Shown here piece by piece: positions 9,609 through 18,847 of a DNA stretch of 43,919 bases. Positions within the stretch are counted from its first letter, which is position 1; the number at the start of each line of letters is the position of its first letter. Where the stretch lies: positions 206,435-250,353 of the IMG/VR virus record IMGVR_UViG_3300033076_001232. One strand, 5' to 3'. This DNA is from a virus. Taxonomy: Duplodnaviria; Heunggongvirae; Uroviricota; Caudoviricetes. The notes under the pieces are model-generated. The model did no database searches and was not told where the DNA came from. It was given only the letters and a program-made list of their open reading frames with translations. Both the position numbers and the translations under genes were made by a program.

Positions 9609-10220
9609 ATGAAAGCGATTGATAATTTTAGTGTCATAAGAAAAATATTGAGGTTTCCTACTGAGGATAGCTTCTATTTTCTTCAGGTACTTAAAAGAAG
9701 GAAAGATAATCCTGATCTAGAGAAGGACATGATTCATCTTGCGGACTTCTACATTTACAGTCTGGAGGATTATGATAGGCTAATGGATCGAGTTATCAAT
9801 CTTTGCCAGAGTGAGAATGCCAGAGCCTATCTTAGACTTAACGTACGGGACTCAAAGAAGACCGCTATGATGACTTTGAAGAAAATAGTGGACTACATAT
9901 CAACGGAGAATTATAAGGCCGTAAAGAAAGCGTATGCGTCTTGTACCGGTGAATATCATTCTGATCCAGACAAGACTTGGATAGTTGATATAGACAATGT
10001 GTCCATCGATTCTTTCAATCACTCCGAGGAGCAGATTAAAATTCGACAGCTAATAACCGATCTCCAGATAGAGGCTGGGAAAGAGCCCATGATGCAATTC
10101 ATTCCAACAAGAAGCGGGGTTCATATTATTACCCGTCCATTCAATCTTCAGAAATTCAAATCAGAATTTCCAGATATTGATATTCATAAAGATAATCCAA
10201 CTATTTTATTTTGTCCGTGA
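9609..10220 (+). CDS. archaeo-eukaryotic primase (AEP) superfamily protein
   Basis: Motif I WIVDID, motif II TRSGVHI, terminal KDNPTILF. Confidence 0.55.
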   Translation: MKAIDNFSVIRKILRFPTEDSFYFLQVLKRRKDNPDLEKDMIHLADFYIYSLEDYDRLMDRVINLCQSENARAYLRLNVRDSKKTAMMTLKKIVDYISTENYKAVKKAYASCTGEYHSDPDKTWIVDIDNVSIDSFNHSEEQIKIRQLITDLQIEAGKEPMMQFIPTRSGVHIITRPFNLQKFKSEFPDIDIHKDNPTILFCP

Positions 10221-11662
10221 AAACTCTAAAAAAGAAACCAATAGTTGATCTGAGTACTCTTAACTCTGATCAACTTAAAGCTTTCGAAACTCTACGGGAT
10301 TACATAGCGGATAAGGAGGATCAGAGTATCTACGTACTTAAAGGATGGGCTGGTACAGGTAAAACGTACTGTGTGAGCATGCTTGTTAGATACGTCCTAG
10401 AGGTTATGTACCCAACACAGGCTTGGTATAGAATCGCTGTGACTGGGCCAACTAATAAATCAGTCCGGGTAATAAAAAAGACCAGCGGGATAAAAAACTC
10501 CAGGGTTAACTTCCAAACTATTCACAAGCTTTTAGGTCTGAAGGAAAAGATCACTATGAGTGGAGAACAGATCTTTGAGAATGATGGATTCCTAAAGCCT
10601 GGGATCAATTCAACCAAGCTTTTGATTATAGATGAGGTTTCTATGCTCAACGATGATCTATTCCAGAACATCATTAAGTACAGAAATAAGCTAAAGATCA
10701 TCTGCATGGGAGATCCAGCTCAAATCCCTCCGGTTGGTAGACCCGACTGCATACCGTTTAGAGATGAGCTGGCTGATTTTTATGGGGTTCGAACTATTCA
10801 GTTAAAACAAATCATGAGACAGAAGGATGGCAATGCCATCATAGACGCCTCGGTAAAAATCAGGAAAGATCTGGGACTTTCGTCCAATCCGATCCCTTTG
10901 GAAACAAATCTAAATGAGAAAGGAGAAGGCATAGAGTTTCTGAATCTTAACCTGGAAGGAACGCGGAAAGAATTCTCCTCGATCCTAGAGAGATATTTTA
11001 AAACCAAAGATTTTGAGAAGGATTCCGAATATGCTAAAATTATAGCATGGAGAAACAAGACGGTGGCTTCGATGAATGTGGTTATTAGAAAGGTTATCTA
11101 CGGGGAAGAATCGCTTGGATCTAAAATTCTAATAGGAGAGAAGCTTATTGCAAACACCCCGATAATAGAGGGGGAGGTTATTATATTCAACACCAACGAC
11201 GAATTCACTGTTGAGAGATTCGAGGTAAAATCTAAGAATCACCGATTTGTAATATCCGACGACCCTGATGCTGATCCTTTTAGCATTGATCTACAGTATT
11301 ACAGCACCACCGTTTCGTATTTAAACGAGGACGATGATGTTGAGAGAAAAACTATCAACATCCTACATGAGGACAGTGAGGAAGAATTCAACAAGTTAGC
11401 TAATCTTCTTAAATTAAGAGCCATCAGGAAATCAGGCAAGGACAAATCTTGGATTCAATACTATAATTTTCTAAGAAGGTTCGCTGATGTTAATTATGCC
11501 TATGCAATTACCTGTCATAAATCTCAGGGAAGTACCTATAATACCACGTTTGTTTTAGAGGATGACATAGACATGAATCTGGACATCGTTGAAAGAAATA
11601 GGATAAAATACACCGCATACACCAGAGCAAGCAAAAAAGTTTACATATTAAAAAGATTTTAA
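10217..11662 (+). CDS. dda: Dda/RecD-like SF1B DNA helicase
   Basis: Walker A GWAGTGKT, TIHKLL, IIDEVSM, GDPAQIPPV, AWRNKTV, YAITCHKSQGSTY, YTAYTRA; GTG start overlapping upstream TGA. Confidence 0.9.
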   Translation: MKTLKKKPIVDLSTLNSDQLKAFETLRDYIADKEDQSIYVLKGWAGTGKTYCVSMLVRYVLEVMYPTQAWYRIAVTGPTNKSVRVIKKTSGIKNSRVNFQTIHKLLGLKEKITMSGEQIFENDGFLKPGINSTKLLIIDEVSMLNDDLFQNIIKYRNKLKIICMGDPAQIPPVGRPDCIPFRDELADFYGVRTIQLKQIMRQKDGNAIIDASVKIRKDLGLSSNPIPLETNLNEKGEGIEFLNLNLEGTRKEFSSILERYFKTKDFEKDSEYAKIIAWRNKTVASMNVVIRKVIYGEESLGSKILIGEKLIANTPIIEGEVIIFNTNDEFTVERFEVKSKNHRFVISDDPDADPFSIDLQYYSTTVSYLNEDDDVERKTINILHEDSEEEFNKLANLLKLRAIRKSGKDKSWIQYYNFLRRFADVNYAYAITCHKSQGSTYNTTFVLEDDIDMNLDIVERNRIKYTAYTRASKKVYILKRF

Positions 11663-11663
11663 A

Positions 11664-12161
11664 ATGTTAGTAGACCTATCAAAATCAGAACAAGAAGTTC
11701 TGGACAACCTTAGAGCCACAGAAAAATACAAATCCGGTGAATTCAGAAAAAACTACATCCAATTTTCTGCGGAGGTAAGAAGGACAATCGAAGCAGCCAA
11801 GATTTACATTCTTGACAACTATCAAAAAATAGAAGACTACTCCGAGCTCGGTCTTATCCTCAGATGCGCTAATCATGATGGAACCAAATATTTCGGTAAA
11901 AAGAGGATTAAGAGAAGGGAAAAAAAGAATGGCAAGAATACCATTCTATCAGATCTTATTGAAGAGATGGAAAGGGAGAAAATAGAAATCTCAAAATTTG
12001 ACTCCGCTGTTTATGATTGGAGCGATGGCGATTTCTCTGTTGTTTTTAACGGTATTCCATATAACTGGATAGACGGAGAATCTATTATAGACATTGCTTC
12101 CTATATAGAGTCCAAATTAAAAGGAAATGCAGAAGAAAATAACACATCAGGAGTTAGTTGA
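11664..12161 (+). CDS. hypothetical protein
   Basis: In-operon ORF. Confidence 0.65.
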   Translation: MLVDLSKSEQEVLDNLRATEKYKSGEFRKNYIQFSAEVRRTIEAAKIYILDNYQKIEDYSELGLILRCANHDGTKYFGKKRIKRREKKNGKNTILSDLIEEMEREKIEISKFDSAVYDWSDGDFSVVFNGIPYNWIDGESIIDIASYIESKLKGNAEENNTSGVS

Positions 12162-12579
12162 TATTGCTCATAAGTGGGTGCTGAAAAAAACTAGCTGTGG
12201 TGTTGCTTTCAAAGAACTAAGAACTTGTGCTAGTAACGGGGAAACACCAGATGTTATAGGATTCGGTGCTTGGTGTCATTCTGTTTTGGTTGAATGTAAA
12301 GCTTCAAGATCCGATTTCCTAGCGGATAAGAAAAAAAGTTTTCGAAAGGATCCATCACTTGGAATGGGTACTCAAAGATTCTACTTCTGTCCAGCCGGTA
12401 TGATTTTGAAGGAAGAAATCCCGGAGGGTTGGGGGTTAGTTTACGTTAACGATAAGATGAAAGCTGAATGTGTGTATAGTCCATACATAGGTAACATAGG
12501 TGAAAGAAATAAGGGATTTCAAAAGAACATTAAAGCTGAGCATGAACTCATGTATAGTGCTCTGAGAAGAATAAAGTAG
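12127..12579 (+). CDS. PD-(D/E)XK nuclease-fold protein (MmcB-like)
   Basis: ETPDVIGF...LVECKASRSDFLAD. Confidence 0.7.
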   Translation: MQKKITHQELVDIAHKWVLKKTSCGVAFKELRTCASNGETPDVIGFGAWCHSVLVECKASRSDFLADKKKSFRKDPSLGMGTQRFYFCPAGMILKEEIPEGWGLVYVNDKMKAECVYSPYIGNIGERNKGFQKNIKAEHELMYSALRRIK

Positions 12580-12583
12580 ATTA

Positions 12584-12615
12584 TTTTTTTATCCCGTGAA
12601 CGATGATTATCTTTA
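12584..12615 (+). promoter_or_regulatory. bipartite early promoter
   Basis: TTTTTTTATCCCG-N11-TATCTTTA, 16 nt before ATG. Confidence 0.75.
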
Positions 12616-12631
12616 GCACCAAAAATAACTT

Positions 12632-12913
12632 ATGCTAGTAGAAATCTGTAAAGAATGTAAAAAGCTATTGGCAACTCACGGAGAAACGTGTGAGTTCTGC
12701 CAAAAATCCGGCGTTTTTATTGAAGGCAAGGAAGTGATCGGAGAAGATATTGGATCACCAGTAACATACATCCCCCGACACGCTGAAGGCGATGCTTCAC
12801 ATCCTGATTGTGAAAGAGGGATAATCTCTTCTTTCCGGGAGGGTAGAATCTGGGTGAGATACCAATCAGCAACAGGAGCATTGACTCCCGCTGAAAATTT
12901 AATATGGGGATAA
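12632..12913 (+). CDS. hypothetical protein with N-terminal CxxC-CxxC
   Basis: CKEC...CEFC; first gene after promoter. Confidence 0.65.
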   Translation: MLVEICKECKKLLATHGETCEFCQKSGVFIEGKEVIGEDIGSPVTYIPRHAEGDASHPDCERGIISSFREGRIWVRYQSATGALTPAENLIWG

Positions 12914-12916
12914 TCT

Positions 12917-13159
12917 ATGACTAAGAAACAAATACTAAAACTTAGACCAGAGTTTAAATTTGGAGCGGGAATGACAATGGTAGACTGGTTTGAGATTACC
13001 GAAGGAGCTGGATTTTTCTGTATTAGAAGCGGGTTAAGACATGCTGACGGAGAAACGAAGTCTCCCTATCATTATGAAGATTGCGTTGGTGGAAAAAACG
13101 CACAGAAAATTGCATTGGAGAAGTTTAATACGTGGTGGTCTTCTTTAAATGTCTTATAA
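12917..13159 (+). CDS. hypothetical protein
   Basis: In-operon ORF. Confidence 0.6.
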   Translation: MTKKQILKLRPEFKFGAGMTMVDWFEITEGAGFFCIRSGLRHADGETKSPYHYEDCVGGKNAQKIALEKFNTWWSSLNVL

Positions 13160-13207
13160 AGTTATCGGTATAGGAGCGGAAGTGATTATCAATTTAAAAA
13201 ATAAAAA

Positions 13208-13486
13208 ATGGAAGTAGATAAATCAAAATTGACATTTGTTGGAAGTATGAATTACATCTTGCAGATATTCGCTGAAAGGGATTCGGATGAAGTACAGGTT
13301 GATCAATACCAGCCAAGAAAAAATAGAGTTTGGTCAGGCACGATGACAAAGGAAGAATTGAAGCCACAGGTTGAAGAAACTATTGAGCGAATGAAGATTG
13401 CTATAATGCAGATGGAAGAATATTTGCAAGGTAAAAGAGATACTGTTTATTATTGGGAATTTGATGACGAAAAACCACAGGTATGA
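13208..13486 (+). CDS. hypothetical protein
   Basis: ATG after A-rich tract. Confidence 0.65.
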   Translation: MEVDKSKLTFVGSMNYILQIFAERDSDEVQVDQYQPRKNRVWSGTMTKEELKPQVEETIERMKIAIMQMEEYLQGKRDTVYYWEFDDEKPQV

Positions 13487-13528
13487 AATATGCCTGTTGG
13501 CAGTACCAAAAGTTTTCCCCGCATGTAA

Positions 13529-13559
13529 TTTTTATTCCCGTACTTATTCCATACTTTTG
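13529..13559 (+). promoter_or_regulatory. bipartite early promoter
   Basis: TTTTTATTCCCG-N11-TACTTTTG, exact TAnnTTTG; drives the RNA repair operon. Confidence 0.8.
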
Positions 13560-13580
13560 CATTTATAACATTTCAGAAAA

Positions 13581-14645
13581 ATGAAATACGATTTAGACAC
13601 ATTGAATAAGTATATCGAGAATGGACTCTTAGAAAAGAATTCTCATCCGGAACTTCCTCTTGATATTTACAACTATTCAAGAGAGTGTCAGTTCACTAAA
13701 AGCTGGGACGATATCACTCTTAACATGCGGGGTACAGTTTTAGATAGAGAGGGTAACATCGTAGCTAGGGCTTTTCCAAAGTTCTTCAATATGGAAGAGC
13801 ACGATCAAAAAGACATACCAAACGAACCATTCGAAGCCTTCGAAAAGATGGACGGTTCTCTTGGAATTCTATTTAACTATAACGGGGAATGGCACTTAGC
13901 TACTAAAGGATCTTTCGTTTCGGATCAGTCAATTAAGGGTAAAGAAATCTTGGAGAAGTATGATTATAAGAGATTATCTCCGGATTGCACCTATCTTTTC
14001 GAGATCATCTATCCAGAGAATCGTATAGTAGTTAGTTATGATTATGAGGATCTTGTACTTCTAGCAATCATCAACAACAAGGATGGACACGAGTATGACA
14101 TACATTCTGATATCTTAGATACTCTGAATTTCAAATTGGTTAAAAAGTATCACGGGGTTGATGATTACAAGAAGCTCAAGTCTATCATAGAAGATAATTC
14201 AGAGGGATTTGTAATCCGATTCAAATCCGGCTTCCGAATGAAAATAAAAGGGGAAGAATATGTTAGACTTCATCGACTGATTACAAACTTTTCGAACGTT
14301 GATATCTGGGAAACACTTAAAGAGGGGAAAGATCTTAACCTGTTTTTAGATAGAGTTCCTGATGAGTTTGATGCTTGGGTAAGAAAAACGATGAACTCCA
14401 TACTCACTCACTATCAAAGATTAGAATCACAGGTTGAAAAAATATACGAATACCACATGTGGGGTAAATTCGGAGATAAGGAACCAGTGAGAGACAAAAA
14501 AGAATATGCAGAATGGGTTAAGACTCAGAACAAAGTGATACAGCCTATTCTATTTAAAATGTACGATGGCGGAGACTATTCTCATTATCTTTGGAGAATA
14601 GTTAGACCGGAGTATCAAAAGCCATTTTGGAATAAAGAAGATTAA
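13581..14645 (+). CDS. RNA ligase 1 family (T4 RnlA-like)
   Basis: AFPKFFN, motif I EKMDGSL, ATKGSF, FEII, motif IV EGFV, motif V KIKG. Confidence 0.9.
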   Translation: MKYDLDTLNKYIENGLLEKNSHPELPLDIYNYSRECQFTKSWDDITLNMRGTVLDREGNIVARAFPKFFNMEEHDQKDIPNEPFEAFEKMDGSLGILFNYNGEWHLATKGSFVSDQSIKGKEILEKYDYKRLSPDCTYLFEIIYPENRIVVSYDYEDLVLLAIINNKDGHEYDIHSDILDTLNFKLVKKYHGVDDYKKLKSIIEDNSEGFVIRFKSGFRMKIKGEEYVRLHRLITNFSNVDIWETLKEGKDLNLFLDRVPDEFDAWVRKTMNSILTHYQRLESQVEKIYEYHMWGKFGDKEPVRDKKEYAEWVKTQNKVIQPILFKMYDGGDYSHYLWRIVRPEYQKPFWNKED

Positions 14646-14646
14646 C

Positions 14647-15288
14647 ATGAAAATAGTATTAGCAAAAGATCAGAATTTATACTTCACCTCAGATACACAT
14701 TACAATCACTCGAATATCTGTAGAGGGATTTCTAATTGGCCAGGAGGAAGAGGAACACGTGATTTCCAATCGCTATCTGAAATGAACAGTGCGATAGTTA
14801 CTGGGATAAACTCTAAAGTTGGTCCAGACGACGTATTGGTACACTTAGGAGACTGGAGCTTCGGGGGATTCGAATCAATCTCAGAGTTCCGAAATCGAAT
14901 CATCTGCAAGAACGTCGTTTTATTTTTAGGTAATCACGATCACCATATCCGTCGAGATAAAGAGAATGTGAAGTCCATCTTTATGAACGTTTTGGACTAT
15001 GACGTTTTGGATATTCGTAAACCGGAAGGAAAGGAAACTAAGAAATATCAATTTGTCTGCTCGCATTACCCTATAGCAAGCTGGGATGGTTTAAGTAAAG
15101 GTGTTCCGCATCTACATGGTCACGTTCACTTACCACCTCATTTAAAATTGCATGAGGGCAGAGCAATGGATGTTGGTATGGACGGAAATGGTCTTGAGCC
15201 ATATTCTCTAAATGAAATATTGGCTTTAATGAAAGGAAGACCAAATAAACACTTGGTTCTTCCAAAGGATCATCACACTGAGGAATAA
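14647..15288 (+). CDS. calcineurin-like metallophosphoesterase
   Basis: SDTHYNH, HLGDW, GNHDH, HYP, LHGHVH, DVGMD. Confidence 0.9.
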   Translation: MKIVLAKDQNLYFTSDTHYNHSNICRGISNWPGGRGTRDFQSLSEMNSAIVTGINSKVGPDDVLVHLGDWSFGGFESISEFRNRIICKNVVLFLGNHDHHIRRDKENVKSIFMNVLDYDVLDIRKPEGKETKKYQFVCSHYPIASWDGLSKGVPHLHGHVHLPPHLKLHEGRAMDVGMDGNGLEPYSLNEILALMKGRPNKHLVLPKDHHTEE

Positions 15289-15304
15289 TTTAAACTGATA
15301 AAAT

Positions 15305-15736
15305 ATGTCTGATTACAGCACAATAAAACCAACACTATTTATAGTCCGAGGTATCCCTGGATCTGGGAAATCAACTTTCGCAAACCACGTATGGAATGAA
15401 TATGTCATCTGCGAGGCTGACAAGTTTTTCTATGACAAAGAAGGAAATTATAATTTCGATGTTTCCAAACTTAGAGAAGCACACGAATGGTGTAGAAACG
15501 AGGTAGAAACTAGAATGAAGGACAATAAAGTGAATCCTCAGTTTTATCCTGAGGTTGTCGTCTCTAACACTTCCACACAAGAGTGGGAAATGAAAGCATA
15601 TTTCGAACTTGCTGAGAAATACGGATATCAGGTGGTTTCGTTAATAGTGGAAAATCGACATGGAGGTAAAAACACACACGGTGTTCCTGATGAGGTTTTG
15701 GATAACATGAGAAAAAGATTTGAAGTTAAATTATGA
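15305..15736 (+). CDS. polynucleotide kinase-like P-loop kinase (AAA_33)
   Basis: RGIPGSGKST, EAD, VSNTST, HGVP..V..MR.RFE. Confidence 0.85.
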   Translation: MSDYSTIKPTLFIVRGIPGSGKSTFANHVWNEYVICEADKFFYDKEGNYNFDVSKLREAHEWCRNEVETRMKDNKVNPQFYPEVVVSNTSTQEWEMKAYFELAEKYGYQVVSLIVENRHGGKNTHGVPDEVLDNMRKRFEVKL

Positions 15737-16476
15737 AAGTAGCAGAGGTAGAAGACAACAAACCGGTAGAGAGATTAACAATCTCACAGGTTATCGAGAA
15801 GGGATTTAAACCGAGAAAGGTATTCCTCATTATGATCAACGATAAACCGTACCAGGTTTGGGATATTGATAATTACGAACACCAAAACGGGAAGTGGAAC
15901 GGTACACCCTGTACATGGTGGTTAGATTATTCCAACGAAGATCACGAGAGAGAACTCATACCTTATGTTGAAATTGGGGTACATAGAATTTGCTGGGAAA
16001 TACGTTACAAGCAGAAAAACTACGTTAAGCACAAATGGGGAGAGTGGGACATAAGAAATTCCGGTAACCTTGAGATCTTTGCTAATGGTAAAAGAGTTTA
16101 TCAGTGCGGGGCTAGGGATCTCGAATATGCAATGGCTAATGCTATGATTATGCCATATAAACTTATGGAACACCCCTTTGACTTTCTCAATCCAGAAAAA
16201 GAGGATGGGAGGAAAATCTGGTACTACGGTTTACCTGCAACAGTAAAGGTTAGAGAATGGTCAGCTGAAATCGTTGTTTATCCAGACTTTGAAAAAATTC
16301 ATCCAAACAAATGGTGGAAGCTTTACAAAGAAAGAAAAAAACCAGTAGATTTAGGAGAGGCTAAATCAGAAGTTGAGGTTGAAGATGAAGATGATGTCTA
16401 TTATGACTCTCACACTGAATACATTAACCATGGAGATCCAATGTATGATGGTATGATTAATTGGTTTAGGAAATAA
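15733..16476 (+). CDS. hypothetical protein (Trp/Tyr-rich)
   Basis: ATGA-coupled in-operon ORF. Confidence 0.7.
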   Translation: MKVAEVEDNKPVERLTISQVIEKGFKPRKVFLIMINDKPYQVWDIDNYEHQNGKWNGTPCTWWLDYSNEDHERELIPYVEIGVHRICWEIRYKQKNYVKHKWGEWDIRNSGNLEIFANGKRVYQCGARDLEYAMANAMIMPYKLMEHPFDFLNPEKEDGRKIWYYGLPATVKVREWSAEIVVYPDFEKIHPNKWWKLYKERKKPVDLGEAKSEVEVEDEDDVYYDSHTEYINHGDPMYDGMINWFRK

Positions 16477-16494
16477 AAACACACAAAAAGGGAT

Positions 16495-16902
16495 ATGAAC
16501 GAACTAAGATTAGAAAAGAAAACAGTACAGTACAAGGATTTTAAAGTTAACTTTATAAAAATACAAAACAAAAAGGATCTAGAAAGAAAAATTTCTCACA
16601 CCTTGGAGGATGTCTCTTTAGTGATAGCATCAATGCTATTCGAAATGCCAACAAAAAACACTCTAGTTAAATTGGCAAAAAAAATGGAACCTCTATTTTT
16701 ACCAGACGATAAGAATTACAAAATAGAGTTGGTAGCTACAGATTCCAGTTCGGAAGGTCTTTCTTCTTATTGGACTAATCTTGGCTTTGAAGCCTACATA
16801 AAAGACGTCCAGAATAGAAACACATTTAATCTTCTCGACTATATTATAGTTAAGGAGGGAATCTCCAATAATAATAACTGGATAAAACTAAAAAATGTAT
16901 AA
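16495..16902 (+). CDS. hypothetical protein
   Basis: In-operon ORF. Confidence 0.6.
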   Translation: MNELRLEKKTVQYKDFKVNFIKIQNKKDLERKISHTLEDVSLVIASMLFEMPTKNTLVKLAKKMEPLFLPDDKNYKIELVATDSSSEGLSSYWTNLGFEAYIKDVQNRNTFNLLDYIIVKEGISNNNNWIKLKNV

Positions 16903-17296
16903 TCTTTTCTTAGACGACTTTAGACATCCCTACGATTGTGTTGCTTACATGAGGGATCCTTCAAAATACGCCAAGTGGAATTGGGTAGTTGTTAAAAATT
17001 ACGACGAGTTCGTAAAAAAAATAGAAGCAGACGGATTACCGGTCTTCATCTCTTTCGATCACGATCTGGCCGACGAACACTATGACAACACTATGTACAA
17101 AGGTGTTGAAGAGTACAATAAAAAATATGAGGGGTTTACAGAAAAAACCGGATATGATTGTGCCAAATGGCTGGTCGATCATTGCATGGATACAGGTCAA
17201 AGACTCCCTGAGTTTGATGTGCATTCAATGAACCCTGCAGGAGGTCAAAATATTAGTTCCCTACTTAACAATTTCAAAAAAATACAAGATCAATGA
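16895..17296 (+). CDS. cyclic-phosphate processing receiver-like domain protein
   Basis: LFLDDFRHP, ISFDHDL, KTGYDCAKWL, HSMNPAG. Confidence 0.75.
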   Translation: MYNLFLDDFRHPYDCVAYMRDPSKYAKWNWVVVKNYDEFVKKIEADGLPVFISFDHDLADEHYDNTMYKGVEEYNKKYEGFTEKTGYDCAKWLVDHCMDTGQRLPEFDVHSMNPAGGQNISSLLNNFKKIQDQ

Positions 17297-17967
17297 CAAA
17301 CATAAATAAGGAATTTGAAAAATTCTCTCTTAGCGAGGGTATAAGCTCTTTAAATCTCGACTACTATAAAAAAGAAATCGAGGCTTCGATGACTCCGATG
17401 ATTCTGGAGGAAAGAGAATTGAGGGTTACACAGATGACAGTTTTCGACAGGCTGATGATGGACAGAATCCTATGGGTAGCTGGACCAGTAAACGACCGAA
17501 TGTCAACCGTTGTACAGGCTCAGCTTATGTTTCTAGCTTCAGTGGATCCAAATAAGGATATCACTATGCACATAGATTCTCCAGGAGGATCGGTTAAATC
17601 AGGTTTAAGTATTGTTGATGTTATGCAGTACATAAAACCAGACATCATCACAGTAAATACTGGAATGGCAGCTTCAATGGGATCTGTTCTACTCGGAGCC
17701 GGAACTAAAGGCAAAAGATCTTCGCTTAGATTTAGTAAAGTAATGCTTCACCAATCAAGCGGAGGATTTAGAGGTAACATCCAGGACGCAGAGGTAGATT
17801 GGAAGGAATGGCAAGAGGTTAACCAGATTCTATTTGATCTCCTTGGTGAATTTTGTGGAAAGGATTCGGAGACAGTTAAAAAAGACGCAACTCGTGATTT
17901 TTGGTTAAGCGCTTCCCAGGCTGTAGAATACGGAATCATCGACGAGGTAATATCTTCACAGAAATAA
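17293..17967 (+). CDS. clpP: ATP-dependent Clp protease proteolytic subunit
   Basis: IDSPGGSV, GMAASMGSVLL (Ser), MLHQ (His), RDFWLSA..AVEYGIIDEV (Asp). Confidence 0.95.
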   Translation: MTNINKEFEKFSLSEGISSLNLDYYKKEIEASMTPMILEERELRVTQMTVFDRLMMDRILWVAGPVNDRMSTVVQAQLMFLASVDPNKDITMHIDSPGGSVKSGLSIVDVMQYIKPDIITVNTGMAASMGSVLLGAGTKGKRSSLRFSKVMLHQSSGGFRGNIQDAEVDWKEWQEVNQILFDLLGEFCGKDSETVKKDATRDFWLSASQAVEYGIIDEVISSQK

Positions 17968-18006
17968 AAAAATTCAGATAAATATCTCATTGAATAATTA
18001 TTTTTA

Positions 18007-18189
18007 ATGAGAGAGAATCGGGATCCAGTAGGTATTGTATTAGTTTCGATTGTTTTGTTTATGTTCTATCTTTTTGGTGTTCTTTCATCTAGGGAAAAAG
18101 ATAAATTGCATAAAATAAACGATGAAATCAAATACAAAAAATCAGACATTGTTGAATATATACATCATGGAGAATATTCTGAATTTTAG
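18007..18189 (+). CDS. small membrane protein
   Basis: Hydrophobic segment VGIVLVSIVLFMFYLFGVL. Confidence 0.5.
   Translation: MRENRDPVGIVLVSIVLFMFYLFGVLSSREKDKLHKINDEIKYKKSDIVEYIHHGEYSEF
18155..18163 (+). promoter_or_regulatory. putative late promoter AATATATAC
   Basis: Motif 3 nt before the ATG of a leader-bearing gene. Confidence 0.5.
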
Positions 18190-18847
18190 CGAATTTGAAT
18201 CACTTAACGAGGCTTATAAACCTCAATCTGGGATGGATATGCTTAAAACCGCAATTTCAAAAGCGACTAAAGATATATCTGCCTCTATTAAAGCTCAGAA
18301 AAAAAAGACCCCAATAGATAATTCAGAATATTGGACTTTAGTAACCATTATAGCATGTGAGAATTTTCCAGATAATAAACAGGGAATGGCAGATACAGCT
18401 CAATCAATTTACAATAGATTAGCAGTACCTAAACAACCCTATGGTAAAACAATAAAAGAAATAGTTTTAGCCAAGGGACAATACGAACCAGTTTCAGTAG
18501 GAAAGAAAAAGGGAGCTGATTGGAATACCATTAATTCCAAAGATAAGGCAATAGTTGTTTATATGAAAACTAAAGGTGTGGACAGAACAAAAGCCAGTAC
18601 CGCAATCAATAACGCTATGCAAGCTCAGAAAGATTTAAAATTAGCTAAGGAAGCAGGTAAACACGTTCAATCTAGAACAGAGTTTCTAGCAAACAAGCCA
18701 TCTAGTGGAGGTGCGGTTAAACCAGTAGAAAGAGTAAGTCCAAAAACTAATAATGCTTTTTTCTGGAATTATGCGGGTAAGAATAATTTCTACGCTAAAA
18801 AGGATCTCAATCCTAAACCTAAGCCAGGTAACGTAAGTATAGCCTAA
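18167..18847 (+). CDS. cell wall hydrolase, SleB/Hydrolase_2-like, with capsid-targeting-like leader
   Basis: IIACE...MADTAQSIYNR...TIKEIVLAKGQYEPV; leader MENILNFSEFESLNE-A; start revised from 18122. Confidence 0.7.
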   Translation: MENILNFSEFESLNEAYKPQSGMDMLKTAISKATKDISASIKAQKKKTPIDNSEYWTLVTIIACENFPDNKQGMADTAQSIYNRLAVPKQPYGKTIKEIVLAKGQYEPVSVGKKKGADWNTINSKDKAIVVYMKTKGVDRTKASTAINNAMQAQKDLKLAKEAGKHVQSRTEFLANKPSSGGAVKPVERVSPKTNNAFFWNYAGKNNFYAKKDLNPKPKPGNVSIA

